The notes under the pieces are model-generated. The model did not search any database and was not told where the DNA came from. It saw nothing but the letters and a program-made list of their open reading frames with translations. This document shows, piece by piece, positions 35,046 to 48,468 of a stretch of DNA of 64,000 bases; position 1 is the stretch's first letter, and each line of letters starts with the position of its first letter. Origin of the DNA: Callorhinchus milii (Eukaryota); the NCBI RefSeq assembly GCF_018977255.1, contig NW_024704742.1, positions 7,814,001-7,878,000 on the forward strand. The letters are read 5' to 3'. The translations under genes were made by a program, and so were the position numbers.

Positions 35046-37343
35046 ATATTCCTCAATATCTGCTGCCTGATCAAAACTGCAACTTGTACATACGCGCTTT
35101 CCCCCAGGAAGCCACTTTATTTTTGTTGTCTTACAAACATCACCATCTTCACAAGGCAGATGGCTGTTCAAACAATTTTCTTCCCCTCTGTCATCCACCA
35201 ATGTCACCAGTGTCATCCCCTCCTGGAGCAAACACTTTAACTTATGAAGAACAGCATGGGCAGGAGCCACTCCAACTGGGCATAGTTTGGAACAAGTGGC
35301 AGGAGATGGGCAGGTGTCAGGAAGAATGCCTTCACCTTCTACTGAGGAAGCAAAGGACTGCATCACTGAATTATTATTGGAGGAACAAAGAAACCCAATG
35401 TGGTCGACGATAAGCAAGTGGCAAGAAATGTCACACATACACAGAAAGAGGTCCTCAAGTGACTCCTGATTAATGTCCTTCTCATGTTGAGGAGCAGGTG
35501 ACTGCCAAGGTCACCGTTTCAGTTTTTATTTTGGTTGGCCAAGCTCTGACACATGTGGAAACCCGTCACCGTGCCCAAGAATATCCAAACCAAACTGAGA
35601 ATTGCCAACTGTACATGGAAATTCCTGAGATATTTATTGTTATTGAGGGATGCCTTCTGCTCATATAATTCTGAAGAGCATTGGGTGCAGGTTGGAAAGA
35701 GCTTCTGTGTTTCGTCCACAGAAAAACACAGTCAATCCACTTTACAGTAAATAATAACAATAATAATAATTCTTGCATTTGCTCTTGTCATCCTGTGAAG
35801 CACTTTGAGATGTCTCGACAGGCACTATATTAAATGCAAGGATCATTAATATTTCAAACTAGCAAACCAAGTTTGTAGCGTTGGAAGTACAACACAATAC
35901 AAAATTACATTTACATTTATAAAGCGCCTTTCACGTCGAGAGGACGTACCAAGGCCCTGGGACAAGTAGTGACCTGCTCAGCTCTCAGGGTACTGGCACC
36001 ACAAATTGGTGTTGCAACAGATTACGCCAGTGAATGAAAGGGACACATGTCCACATCAGCAATTGTCCACACAGTAAACTCCTGATCTCAGGCATTGAGC
36101 AGAATCTGGGCACTGCTCCACAGGAGAGGAGGGAACTTTTGGTGACTCTGATCAGCAACACAGAACAACTATCGCACACACTTCCTAACATCTGGCTCTG
36201 CCCGTAGCAGTGACATTGGCTTTGATGTCCGTTGCCTCTAAGCCCTTTTTTAGCGATCGGCATGCGAAGACATATGAGTGGCTAAAAAGCTCATTTAGAA
36301 ATGGGGGGGAAGAAAACAATGGTAAATGTATTTTCTTATCTTCGATGCACTAGGCATCTTGATAAAACATGTATTTCTCAACCCCACATAATCTAAGTCA
36401 TCCACTCTCTATTTTACCCTTGTAAGATATCTGTTTTAATCTTGATAGAAATTTCAAAGCAATTGATTTCTTCTACATCAAAGGGCCGATTGAGTAATTA
36501 GCAAGATGTCTCCACCACCTTATCAACAGCAGCGTGAGATTGGGTGGCACTTGACTGAACAGCCCTCAGTGCTATGTTCAGGAATGTTGTGGTATTGCAG
36601 CTCACTGAACACATTTCATGTCCGACTCGTGATTTTGACACAGTTTTATAGAAGGTTCTTTGTGTAGAACAGCTTTGCAGTTACAACCCTGCCAAAATAG
36701 ATGTCGAATTGTTTAGAATCCTTAGTCAAGGCAGGAAAGCCTTTGTGGAGTCCAGTGAGTGTGTCTTCTACACTTGTAATCTTTTCTTCAACCCTGCTCC
36801 GTAAGTACACCCCACCCATAGTCTTCAGGGATCCTCAGCTCTTAATGTTTATGCTTCTCCCAGATAAGGCACTCATCGCTTTATTCCTCTACAGTCTGAC
36901 GCAAGCTTTGACTGAAATATCCGACATCTGCTGATTTCATACAGAGGCTAATGTGACCTTGACAACCACTATAGAGTTGCACCACTGCAGGTGTTAACAT
37001 ATATAATAATCCTGTTCTATGACAGGCACATGCCAAGTAGCAAATGACTAGACTGCGTCACTGGTTATGGCATCTTTGAACAACTCACGTCCCACATTTC
37101 TGCTTCACTGCCAACCTGCTCCATCTCCTACCATTTTGTGTCGAGAATGTGCTCAGCATACAGGCTTCACTACGTGTGCTGATAATGCAAATCAAATGTA
37201 ACAGACATTTCTCCTCAGCTAATTCATTGACTGGATGCCCTCTGACTCCCCACCCCACCTCCCCGCCCACTTTCTTTGCTGTTATTTTGCATGTGATTCA
37301 TAAAAACAGTGTCAATCATGAAGCGGTCAATCACGGATGAGTT

Positions 37344-37628
37344 ATAATAAAAATCCCTGCATTTTGATAGAGTGCCTTACAGAACATACTGTAAAGTGAA
37401 TTGATTGTATATTTTGTGGGCAAAACACGACAGCCAATTGCGCACAGCAGTGTCCCACAAACAGTCGTGGATTGAGTGAGCAATTTTCTTTTTTTTAATT
37501 TGGAAGGAATTATTACCCCTGGAAAAGTGTCCACAAATCAACTAACAACCAGGTTCCTACTTGCTGCCAGGTAAAAAGAGGCATGTGGAGTAAGGAAACT
37601 TGCCCAACTTTTCGTCCTGCCGGGAATT
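37344..37628 (-). mobile_element. tRNA-Ala-type SINE lacking most of the head
   Basis: Body and tail match. Confidence 0.85.
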
Positions 37629-37949
37629 TGTCATAGAGTTAGTCTTAAGATTTTAAGTCAGTTCAAAACAGTGGAAAATTCATAAATTCTGGCTTAATTT
37701 GGAAACCGGTTCTTTTTAAGAATTGCAGAAAAATGTCTTGCAAATCAAGATTGAAGTTAAGAACTTTCCATTGTTCTGCTCAAGCTCAGAGGTGGTTCCC
37801 CACAGAGAAGGAAATTGCTTCAGGTGTTCTGCCCAACAATTCCACAAATGAAATTGGTCACTTACTTCATGGCTGTTTGTGGAATATTGCTGTGCAAATT
37901 GGCTGTCTGCCACTTTTGTGCACAAAAACACACTCATTCCACTTGAGAG

Positions 37950-38190
37950 TGGATTGTCGGGTCACTTTCCGGGGTAATTATTCTTCCCCCCCAAAAAAAA
38001 TAATAGTAGTAATTTGCTCACTCAATCCATGACTGTTTGTGGGACACTGCTGTGCGCAATTGGCTGCCGGGTTTCACCCTCAAAATTCACAGTCACTACA
38101 CTTTATAGTATATTCTGTGAATATACTGCTTTGAAATGTCTCGAAGATGTGATAAGGTGCTCCATCAAATGCAAGGATTATTATTATTAC
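37950..38190 (+). mobile_element. 5'-truncated tRNA-Ala-type SINE within a Deu-SINE remnant
   Basis: Body and tail match; Deu-SINE-like sequence at 37800-37930 and a second tail at 38192-38265. Confidence 0.8.
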
Positions 38191-38659
38191 ACTATATCCT
38201 GTGAAGCACTTTCAGATGGCTTTCAGATGTGAAAGGAACTATATCAAACCTGAGGATTATTATTTAAGAGTGCGCTGAAGGTTGGAACCACGGGAAATTC
38301 GGCACCTCTGACTTTGTGTCATTTCAAGCGTATCGGTGAAGGATCAGCCAATTAAAGGAAGACCAGAGAGAAGAAAATTAAAATATGTGAGCTGAATGGT
38401 TAGTAAGATGGGCTAGGGCTGATATTCCAATTAACAGGTCAATTTATTTTTTACAAGTGTTGCATACATCAGGGAACACTGAGCTGGTAAAATTCAGCAA
38501 AATGTGTTCCAAAAGAAGTCACACTGCACTGTGAAACTAAGCACCTCAAATTTGCCAAGTGTCAGATTATAACTGAAACGCAGCAATGAACCTTAACTGA
38601 TCGCAAGATGAAACGGATGCAGGCTGAACCAAGGCACAAATGAATCTTTACAGATAACA

Positions 38660-39248
38660 TTGCTGATCTGAGGCCTGATAGGCGGGGGACGTGAAGCAGG
38701 CTGGAGCCCGTTGAGCGGAGGGAGTGGGCAGGTTGATAGGGGGTCGTGGAGGTAGGGGGAACCAAGGCCGTGGAGGGCTTTGACAATTAGGACCAGGATT
38801 TTGAACTGTGTCCTCTGTGGGGCCTCCGTGTATCCTCTCTGTGCTGGGAAGCCAGTGGAGTCAAGCGAGGATTGTGGTGATAGCGTGTCCCAGATCCTGG
38901 TGCAGGAGAGGACACGGGCTGCAGAGTTCTGGATGATCTGGAACCTATGGAGGGAGGAGTTGGGGAGGGCGACAAACAGTGAGTTTGCACAGTCGAGCCT
39001 GGATGTTATGAGGATCTCGGCGGCCTGTGGTGTGAGACAGTGGCAGAGCCGGGTGATGGTGCGAAAGTAGAGGAAGGCAGAGCGGTCTTGGCTCAGATGT
39101 GGGGTAGAAAGGATAGTTGAGGGTCAAATAAGACGCCAAGGTTCCAGACTGGCTCAGTGAGGTGGAGTGTGCAACCATGGATGGTGATGCTGTCAGTGCC
39201 TGAGCTGTGGAGGCACTGACAAGAGCCAATCAGGAGAGCCTTGGTCTT
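38660..39248 (-). mobile_element. L2 fragment (same family as 5373-6110)
   Basis: GCTLHLTEPVWNLGVLFDPQLSFLPHI, SRLDCANSL, frameshifted. Confidence 0.9.
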
Positions 39249-39472
39249 AGCGAGACACCTGGGTTCAATTCCAGGCAGAGGGCGAAACCTTGGGCAAGTT
39301 TCCTTACTCCACACAGAGCCTAATAATAATCCCTCCAAAACCAAAAACAATAATAAATTGGTCATTTTCAATCTACGACTGTTTGTGGGACATTGCTGTG
39401 CGCAATTGGCTGCCGCGTTTCGCCCACAAATATACGGTCAATTCACTTTACAGCATATTCTGTGAAGCGCTG
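39249..39472 (+). mobile_element. tRNA-Ala-type SINE, deleted subfamily, truncated at both ends
   Basis: ccacacagagcctaataataatccctcc junction. Confidence 0.88.
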
Positions 39473-40880
39473 TGAAATATTAAGTTGTTCCATGTGGTCT
39501 GAACCCATAGAATGCTGAACCAGTGTGAGTGCTCCCAACTGAGCCAAGCTGACCTGAAAGAGAAGGAAGCTTGAATTGGTTCTCAAGCAGTAAGGCAGTT
39601 AGGTAATCTATTGTCTGAAATTGGCTACCAGGGAGGATTTGATATAGAGTAGGTTTGTATCTGTAAGATAGACGGAATACTATTTATTCTGTATTTGATC
39701 ACCAGCTCGAGGTCTATGCGCCAGACATTCTTCCATCATAAGGTACAGTTTGAAGTGGCTTTTGAGCAACCAACACTCTGAAACCGGCTCTAAATAAATG
39801 GAATTTGTACACCATTTGTTCTGGAGTGACACATGGCATCAATTCACCTTGATACAAGGAATGCACAACGCCAACACTATCAATATCTTTTATTGTCTAT
39901 CTGTGGACAATCATTCTTCTATAACCTCTGGATTTGGGATCCAGTTCCATATATAACTCTCGCTCCACTTATACACTGCTTGAATCCTATCTCTTCTGGC
40001 CAATATATTTACTTTTTTGAGACGTGTTGTAAATGCTATTTATTCTTAACAATGTACTCTGCATCTTCAGAAATTGCCACAACATGTGCACCCATCAAAT
40101 ATAATTCGAAGCTTAACATTATATCTGAGACAGACATGTATGGAGCCCCGTGAAATCATTTTCACTTTTATGATTTTTCATTTTATTTTTCGGCCATTTC
40201 ATGTTATTTTGTTTCATGCAGTAAAACATTTTGTTTTATTTCTTTTTATTACATTTACATTAATAAAATACCTCAAATTATCGTATAGAAATTCCCTTTG
40301 TTCGTTTCCATTTTTAATAAAAATATATAGTACATATTTCTTGCTTGAATTTTACCTTAGTGTTCACCCTCCAACAGGGAAAGACCTGAACCCCTTTTAA
40401 TCAAATCGTCCATTCAAGTAAAAAAATACACAGTCGCTACATTTTACAGTAAATCCTGTGAGGCTTTTTAAGATGTTCCCCTGGTGTAAAATCAAATGTA
40501 TCAAATCATATCAAATGTAACTATTATTATTATTTTTATTATTACATTAAGTGCCTTATACCTTTATTAAAAAAAGATGAGGCAAGTGGAATTTATTGCA
40601 ATTGAGCAAAAATATAATAGAGCCACAAACCTTTTAGCTGTTACGCAAACAAATGTGGGTGCAAAAACAAAAATAAAAGGTTCTAAAATACCGATTGGGG
40701 TATTAAGGTCTGAGCACTTCCCGCGTTTCTACTTTATTAAGAGAAATCTAGACATCGACACAGATATATTATAGGACTCCACAAGAACATCAAATGGGTA
40801 CTTCTGCGTTTGAGGCTGAGCTATACTACCTGTTGTTCTTCGAAGAGCTCTGGGACACTACCATTCCTAAGGGAGGCTAG

Positions 40881-40881
<1 letters not shown>

Positions 40882-40921
<40 letters not shown>
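40882..40921. repeat. (ATA)n microsatellite, probably a SINE tail remnant
   Basis: (aat)n followed by cct, the reverse of agg(att)n. Confidence 0.85.
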
Positions 40922-41174
40922 CCTAGTCCAAGTTGTTGTTGTTGTTTGTGGACCTTGAATTCAGAGGCAGAACTGCTCTTAGGTAACTTATAAGAATCCA
41001 AATTCTTGCCTTTTTTGGCTTAGATCAAGTGCATGGATTGGTTATGGATATTGATCTGAGGCAAATAATAACAAAGAGATGGTCTGTGTGGCACCGTTGG
41101 CTTTGGGCAGGTTTTGCTTTATTTCTTTTTGTTACATTTACGTTAATAAAATACCTCAAATGATCGTATATAAA

Positions 41175-41380
41175 TTCCCTCCGCTCCACCAGCAGATCGG
41201 CCACTGCAGCCCAAAACTCTCTTCTAAACCTCTCCCCATCTTCAAATCCCACGTAAAGACCTTCCTTTTTGACCGTGCTTTCGGTCACCTCCTCCCCCCT
41301 CCCTCTCCGTCATTGTCAAGCGCTCCGGGACGCTACCCCACGTGAAGGGCGCTATATAAATACAAGTTGTTTTTGTTGTT
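41175..41380 (+). mobile_element. L2 3' end
   Basis: FKSHVKTFLFDRAF, stem-loop, gttg tail. Confidence 0.85.
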
Positions 41381-42307
41381 GAAGTGTTCACCTGTAAGGA
41401 GTGAGGAGGGGGAAAGATGCCCTAAAGCACAAAGTGGTAGGTCTTGAGGTGATGTTATTTCCAGTACCCAGAGTGAAAGATTGATCTACAACCTGACTTG
41501 GTTGGTACAGCATTGTTTTCTGGAGAAGGCGGGTGGTAATTCATTGCTTAAGGCATTCAAAAGACAAACCTTAACTCCAACAAGCAGTTTCTACTTTCAA
41601 GCTTCCTATAATCAAGGACTGAGTGTCACTAATGTGCCATCAATGCAAATTGAACTCGCGTCCTGCAATGGCAAGATGGATTTTGCTCATTCAAACTTTT
41701 TGCTTCATGTTTGCTTCCAGTCATTCCAATGGTAATGTGCACACCATCCTATTTGGATGAAAAACAAACCCCGGGTTATTCACTGAGCAATTGCTTTAGC
41801 TGGCAGGTAGGTTTGATTTTCATTTTGCCTATGGGTCTCTCCCCTTCTGTTTTTTTACCCAGAGGCAAAAATCAAAGAGAAAGAGAGAGAGTGAGAGGCT
41901 GCCCACGGTGACCTACTGGCAGCTAACGCACAATGGCACCACAAGACGCCTGGGACCTGGTTGACTAACCTGCCAACTGTACTCAACGCATGCCAGGGGC
42001 AGAGGCTAGGGACGTGGCAGGAAATGTATATATTCTCAAGAAAGCTAAATTGAACATCTCCAACTGCGATGGTCATGAGCGAGAGAAGAAGTGAGGTTGA
42101 AGAGGATTTGGACAAGAGTTACAGAGTGCAGGGGATTGATGGAAGAAGGCTTGATCATCAGTGGTGAGACAGAGGGAGTGAGGAACAGAGGGTGGAAGGA
42201 CATAGGCAGGAGAATAGGATTGGAATAGATAGTAGGGGTTGTGAACTGCTGTTTAATCTGGGATCAGTTTATTCAACACAGACCAAGGATGACACCTGGC
42301 AGGTATA

Positions 42308-42680
42308 ATACAAAATACAACACAAAATTACATTTGTATAGCACTTTTCACATTGGGCGGACGTCCCAAGGCACTGGACAGTCAGGGATTTGGACCCGAG
42401 CATGGGAGGGTGGAGGGCAGAGAGAGTACGAGAGTGGCCAAAGATACAGTCCAAGAGGAGGGTCTTGAGACAGGCCTTGAAGCAGGCAAAGGAGGGAGGG
42501 TAGGGGAATGTGGGATGGGGTTCCAAAGGGTGGGGGTAGAGAGGCTGAAGGGTGACGTGCCAGGCGGGGGAAACGTGGAGTTGGCCGGAACCTGCTGAGC
42601 AGAGGGAGCGGACAGGTTGATAAGGGGTTGGCTGATCACAGAGGTAGGAAGGGGCACAGCCGTGGAGGGCCTTGAAGGAG
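42308..42680 (-). mobile_element. L2 3' end
   Basis: TLWNPIP, FKACLKTLLLD, tail ccttgggacgtccgcccaatgtgaaaagtgct. Confidence 0.87.
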
Positions 42681-43257
42681 ATTGCCTTGCTGAGCAGAAT
42701 AATAGCGTGGGTTTATGTAGAGCGGAGAGGTAGCAACGTTGGCAGTCTATCAGCATATCCTACACTTGTAAATGAAGTAACAGTTTAATCTCAGGGGAGC
42801 TGGAGAGAAATACAGTATGTTTCAAAGCAGCCATGTCAGCTGAGCGCGTTGAGAATTGGTAAGAGGAGCAATGGGGGAGTCTATTATGCCGGGAATCTAC
42901 TGCTCCAGCTATGATGCCTGGAAGCAGTCAATGAAAAACAAATAGGAGGGATGAAGCCATTATGAACTCAGAGTTGAGGCTGATACTTTTATGCAATCTT
43001 GGAGGTGATACCCTTCAATGAGACATTCAAACAGAGGCCCAGACTGCCTGTTCAGGTGAACGTTAAAGATCACATGGTATTATTACACAAAAGAGAATTC
43101 GAGCTTCTCCTGGTGTCCTGGACAACAATCTACCAGATAAAATTGGTCATTCACTTCATGTCTGGTGGTGGAATTTTGCTGAGCGCCGATCTGCTTTTTG
43201 CTGTGGTGATTGGCTATTCAAGCTGTCATTCATCAAGCAGGGCAAGCTCTGGATGAT

Positions 43258-43462
43258 GATAATAATAATAATAATCCTTGCATTTTATATAGCACCTTAT
43301 CACGTCTTTGAGACGTCTCAAAACGCTTCGCGGAATATACTGTAAAGTGAATTGACTGTGTATATTGGGGGCAAAATGCGGCAGCCAATTGCGCACAGCA
43401 GCGTCCCAGAAACAGTCCCGGATTGAAGTGACCAATTTATCATTATTATTATTATTATTTTT
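43258..43462 (-). mobile_element. tRNA-Ala-type SINE 3' half
   Basis: Tail and body match. Confidence 0.87.
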
Positions 43463-43613
43463 CCGAGCTGTCACTCACCCAGATGACGGGCTCTGGGTCT
43501 GGGATGGAAAGTATCGGGAACCAATCTCAGGGGCACTCGGGAAAATTCCAATTTCCCTTATAGCCGGTCCACTGTTCAAGTCAGAATCCCCTCCTCCTTG
43601 CTCCTTTTTTAGG

Positions 43614-43747
43614 CAGATTCTCTGAAACGCCAGAGGAAATATATAGGAAATCTAGATTCAAGTGGAATTGCTACTGTAGTAGCAGTTATAGTAACTGAGA
43701 TTGACACTCTACGGGCTAGTAAATTTACTGAGGAATCAGAGAATCTG
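43614..43747. repeat. Short element bounded by 12-bp inverted repeats (MITE-like)
   Basis: cagattctctga ... tcagagaatctg; related sequence near 33210-33320 and 46565-46680. Confidence 0.5.
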
Positions 43748-43812
43748 GCACCCTGAGATCTATCGTGGTGACTAGGAGGCAGTGAGAGACCGCAAGGGCT
43801 GATGGAGAGTGA

Positions 43813-43972
43813 AACAACAACTTGCACGTGTATAGCGCCCTCGGTATTCAGGCGGGACTTGAAAAAGGGGAGAGAGGGGGAAAGATGGAGGGATTGAGGG
43901 AGAGTGTTCCAGAGTTTCGGGGTGTAGTAGCTGAATGCGCGACCTCCAATGGTGGAGCAGAGCGGAGACGTG
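43813..43972 (-). mobile_element. L2 3' fragment
   Basis: TIGGRAFSYYTPKLWNTLPQSL. Confidence 0.85.
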
Positions 43973-45479
43973 TAAGTTAGGACGGAAAGAAGCCCGTGAT
44001 ATTAGCTGAATGAAGTGGAAAACAGGAGAAAAAAACAGCAATATTTTTAGGTGTAGCAAAACATCTACTGCCACAGTCCTTTGAGGGTTTAAGAGGGCCC
44101 TTGATAATAGATTGAAGCTGAAATTCAGCGCACACCTGACACACTGGGTGATAAATAAGCTCGGAGGGCTCTTCAGCAAGGCTGAGCACGTCCGCAACGG
44201 CAAATGATGGGAACGCTGGATTTCTCTGCCCGACTCTTCCTTTCATCTCCACAATGGGATAACTTGCTTTTTTTCTAAAATATATATAAAAAAAAACGTT
44301 CAAGACATTAAGAGCAACCGAGCACTCTGCCTCTGCTGTCACCGCTTGCATTCAGGAACTATGAACCCTTTCTGTTGGGGTCAGCATTCCTGCAGACTGC
44401 AGTGCTCAGCTCTGAATGGGAACTGACTAAAAGCCACATGGAAACCCTTTTAACCGCATCTGCTAAGGGGCTGATTGACAGCTCAGGCAGGGGTGACACA
44501 ATCTGCTGCGATTGTCTCCGAGAGCTCAGACTTGCCGGTAAAAAAAACTCAGCCTGTATTGATCCAGTGAAGCAGATATTGAAACGTCAGAGTACGTTTC
44601 TGCAGCTATCTATTATGCGCATGTAACAATTTAGAGGTTTGGACCAGGCTTAACTACTGGGGCAGATTGGAGAACATAAGCTCTTTTTCGCTGTATATTG
44701 TGTTTCCAGTTTAATTGCATTCATTGTTTCAGCTACACTTGACTTCAGTGAAGATTTCGGTCCCTTTTCAGAATCTGCAAATGAAACCCTTTTTCTTATA
44801 ACGCTTCTTTCACAGTGCTTTGTAAATAACCCCAAACCTCGATTGAACCCTTTGTTCAATTGGATTCAATTTTAAACGTTGGATTTTATCTTATTTTCGT
44901 CTGGTTTGAAGGCATTTGGTTTCATTAGATAAGCCAGTGTTTTGTGGGAGTCTAAATGAGATGGGTATATACATATGTATAAAAAACTGAAATGTACAAA
45001 TCACTCCTATTTACCTAGTCACTTCGCAAACAATTCAAGATATGGGAAGAAAGTTCTTATCGATTTTTACCGATATATTTAAAGTTTGCAGATGTTTTAT
45101 GAAGACTGTCGACTGCTGACCCAGATTTTTCCTATTCTACAGCACACAAACACTATCTCTGGTATTGCAAACAACTATATTCTGATCCTCCCTCTGTAAC
45201 CCGACCACCTCCTCCCCCAACCGGTTTTCCCTCTCTTGATTGTCTGGTCTCCCTCCCTCTCTCTCTCTCTCTCTCTATGCTTTGTCTCTGATGACAACCT
45301 CTCCCTCTCCTACTGTCCCTTTCTCTCGCTTGTCTGGTACTATCTATCTTCCCCGTCTTACAATCGGCCTTTCTTCTGATCGCTTCCTTGTCTCTCCTGA
45401 CTCACTCTGTCTGCCTTATAATTCTCCTGACATATATATGATTATTCCAGTTTCCAACTCCAATAAGTTCCACGATTCC

Positions 45480-46115
45480 AGGTGGCATGGTTGACAATGG
45501 AATGTCGGAATCGAGCCAACCCTCTGTGGCGGTCTCGGTTGTCCAGTTCCTAAGCCATGCCGGTCCTCAGTATTCCAGGGCTTTGCTGATGACACAGCAC
45601 AGCTGTCATTAGTCGAGAAATGGGAAGAGAGGTCTTATAGATTTTTACAGATGTATTGAAAGTTCGCTCATTATTAGCTCATTATTAGGACGTAGAGAGG
45701 TTGACCAGTCATTGGGGGCAAGTATTCTTCCACTCAACTCCTGTTAACCCTGCAAGCCAAAGCCCTAACAGGGGGATGGTCCAACCCGGCAAACAAGAAA
45801 AAACGTGCCAGACAGCGATATCAATGGCAAGCTACGCGGTTTTAGCTGGTTGGACTGCAGCAGTTACCCCAACTGATCTGGGGTCCCCAAGCCTTAGATC
45901 TTGCCAGCCTGCGCCAAATACTCCCTGGAATTAGGTAAGCAGGACGCATCCCTCCGAGGAGTGCATTCCAATCCAACGCAAGGGAGTTTCCATGTGTAGC
46001 TGCGATGAACGGAATTCTCAATTTGGTTTGGATACTCTTAAGCACGGTGATGGGTGTCTGCACGTGTCATCACCATGGTTAGACTGCAGCGGTACCCTGA
46101 CTGACCAAAACAGAA
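45480..46115 (-). repeat. Longest copy of unclassified ~650-bp interspersed repeat
   Basis: Successive segments match 34145-34420, 35520-35630, 51870-52160, 16600-16748, 21600-21670 and 18101-18200 in colinear order. Confidence 0.78.
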
Positions 46116-48096
46116 TCACGTCCACTTGAGCAGGGAGACAATGATCCCACGTTTGCCCACAAAATGCACAGAGTCATACCACTTTCCAGTGTATCCTGTG
46201 AAGCGTTTTGAGACGTCTCGCCATGATAAGGCTAAGGCTCTATGTCAAAGGCAAAAATTATTATTATGTTATTATAACTATTATATGGGCCAACACATTA
46301 TAGGGCTGGCGTCAGGTACGTCCATTGTGACGGAGTTAGAGATTATTGGGGGCGGGAGAGCGGGGTGGTGATGTTGCACCCAAAGATAACCCGTGTTACA
46401 GACTCGTCTCGTTGTTTGCGAGCAAATCCAGCTGCCATTTGTGCAATCAAGGCCCTGGAAACAGCCATTATTTATCTAGTCAAAATGAACCCATCACACA
46501 TTGTAATTTTAACCTCAAAAAGCTGTGGCTTCAAAATGAAGGCTCTATTTAAGAATTTGTCAAATTCCGGATGCTCTGAAATACTAAGAAAATAGAATAA
46601 ATCTAGACGGGGAATTTATCTCCCTTAACCTGTGGTGCAATGACTGCGAGATTACTGGAAGTAATTCCACAGTAAATAACAGGTAAATGTTACTCTTGGG
46701 TATAAGCTAACACAACCTCTCTTTAAGCCTACGGTTCCTTTTTCAAGTCGGTGTTATTTTTAGCGACTGGCCTGATGTCAATTAAAACGTTTTTTTATAG
46801 ATAAAAAAGGAGAGAGCGTTTGGAAATTGCCTGATTAGTACATTTAAATGTAAAGAAATTGACTAAAAGAGTAGATTTGAAAAGAGATAATGATAATGTA
46901 TCTTTAATGCAGCAAGTCACGGTGATAAATGGGCCCAAATTACATGCAAATTTGCATCCTCCCAATTGAAATGCTATTTATAACACAGAGCGAAGCTGTA
47001 GCAGGGAACTGGCTGAAGTTAAACAGCCCACAGTAGGGTTGAAAGGGATCAATAGCATAAGCAGCCCTCTATTTTCTTGTTCTCTGTGTCCGCTTGTTTG
47101 CTCAACAAAGTTACCCAAATGCGTCATCTCGGCCTTAGTGACCCCCTCCCCTTCCCCTGCCTTGATTGTTCAAGTGTACTCCTCACTGGTCTCCCCAGTT
47201 CCACCATCCACAAGGTTCAGTTCACTGGCTCTGCCTCTTCATTGATCCCACTTCAACAGCACCAATGTTCACCATTGCCTCCCGCTTTCTCGGTGTCTAA
47301 CCTTGCCACCCTGCAGTGCTCCGAGATGCTATTCTGCATGAAGGGCGCTAAATAAATGTACGTTGCTGTTACCACTCTAACAATTGGAAATGGGCCGTTA
47401 TTCCACATGGCGTGGAATAATAACAATAATAATAATCCTTGCATTTGATGTAGGCCTTATCGTGTTGTTGTGATGTACCAAAGTGTTTCCCAGGATTTAC
47501 TGTGGAGTGACTGTGTATTTACAGATGAGTGTGGCAGCCACTTTGCTCACTGCAATGTTCCACAAACGGTGAAGTGAATGACTGATTTGTACAGTATATT
47601 CTGTGTAGTGCATTGAGACATCCTTCTGAAGTGAGAAGCACTGCATTAAGTGCAAGGAATATTATTATAGCATCTGATGAAAGATGTGCCTCTGACATTG
47701 CAATGCTTCCTCCGGTTCCCCATTGGCGTGTCAACCAAGTATGAGTTAAAAAAAACTTTTTTTAAAAAAGCGGACCCAAAGGCAAGGACACTACAGAACG
47801 AGGCAGGCTGACATCTTAATTACAGAATCACTTGTAATCTTTTTTTATAGCTGGTTAATTACAAAATTGAAGGCACCTGGATAATTTTGAACATGGTTAG
47901 TCCATGGGCTCATAGCCCAAGGTTTATTTTAGTTCTCAATGGCCCAGTGACTGAAAATAGTTACTGATAATTAACTGGCTTTACGCAGATGGCCTGAATA
48001 CTGGGCACAATTTCAAATTGATTCAATTTGAAAAATGGTTGAGGCCAGGACATTCGACTCATTTTTAAAAAGCAGCTTGATGTCTTGATGGGAGGA

Positions 48097-48468
48097 TAAT
48101 AATAATAATAATAATCCTTACATTCGATATGGTTTTTTATCACATCTTTGAGACGTCTCAAAACTCTTCACAGAATATACTGTAAAGTGAATTGCTTGTA
48201 TATTTTGTGGGCTAAATTTGGCAGCCAATTGCACACAGCAGTGTCCTACAAACAGTCGTCGATTGAGTGGCCAAATTTTTATTTTTTTTTAAATTGAAGG
48301 GATTATTACCACCAGAAAAGCAATCCACCAATCGACTACCAACCGGGTTCCTACTTGCTGCTAGCTAAACAGAGTAAGGAAACTTGCCTTAGGTTTCAAC
48401 CTGCCAGGGAATCGAACCCAGGTCCTCTGGCTTGTGAGGTGAGTGTTCAAACCAATATGCTGCAGGAT
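48097..48468 (-). mobile_element. tRNA-Ala-type SINE, long subfamily, inserted in a CR1 3' fragment
   Basis: SINE features; CR1 pieces at 48030-48096 and 48469-48550. Confidence 0.87.

Noticed and set aside
35043..35469. Overlapping ORFs of 60-131 aa on both strands
   Set aside because: No recognisable protein motif or consistent splice pair; cannot support as coding.
45740..45790. Group I intron-like words (cctgcaagccaaagccctaa)
   Set aside because: No P7 pairing elements or other core helices found; belongs to the unclassified repeat.
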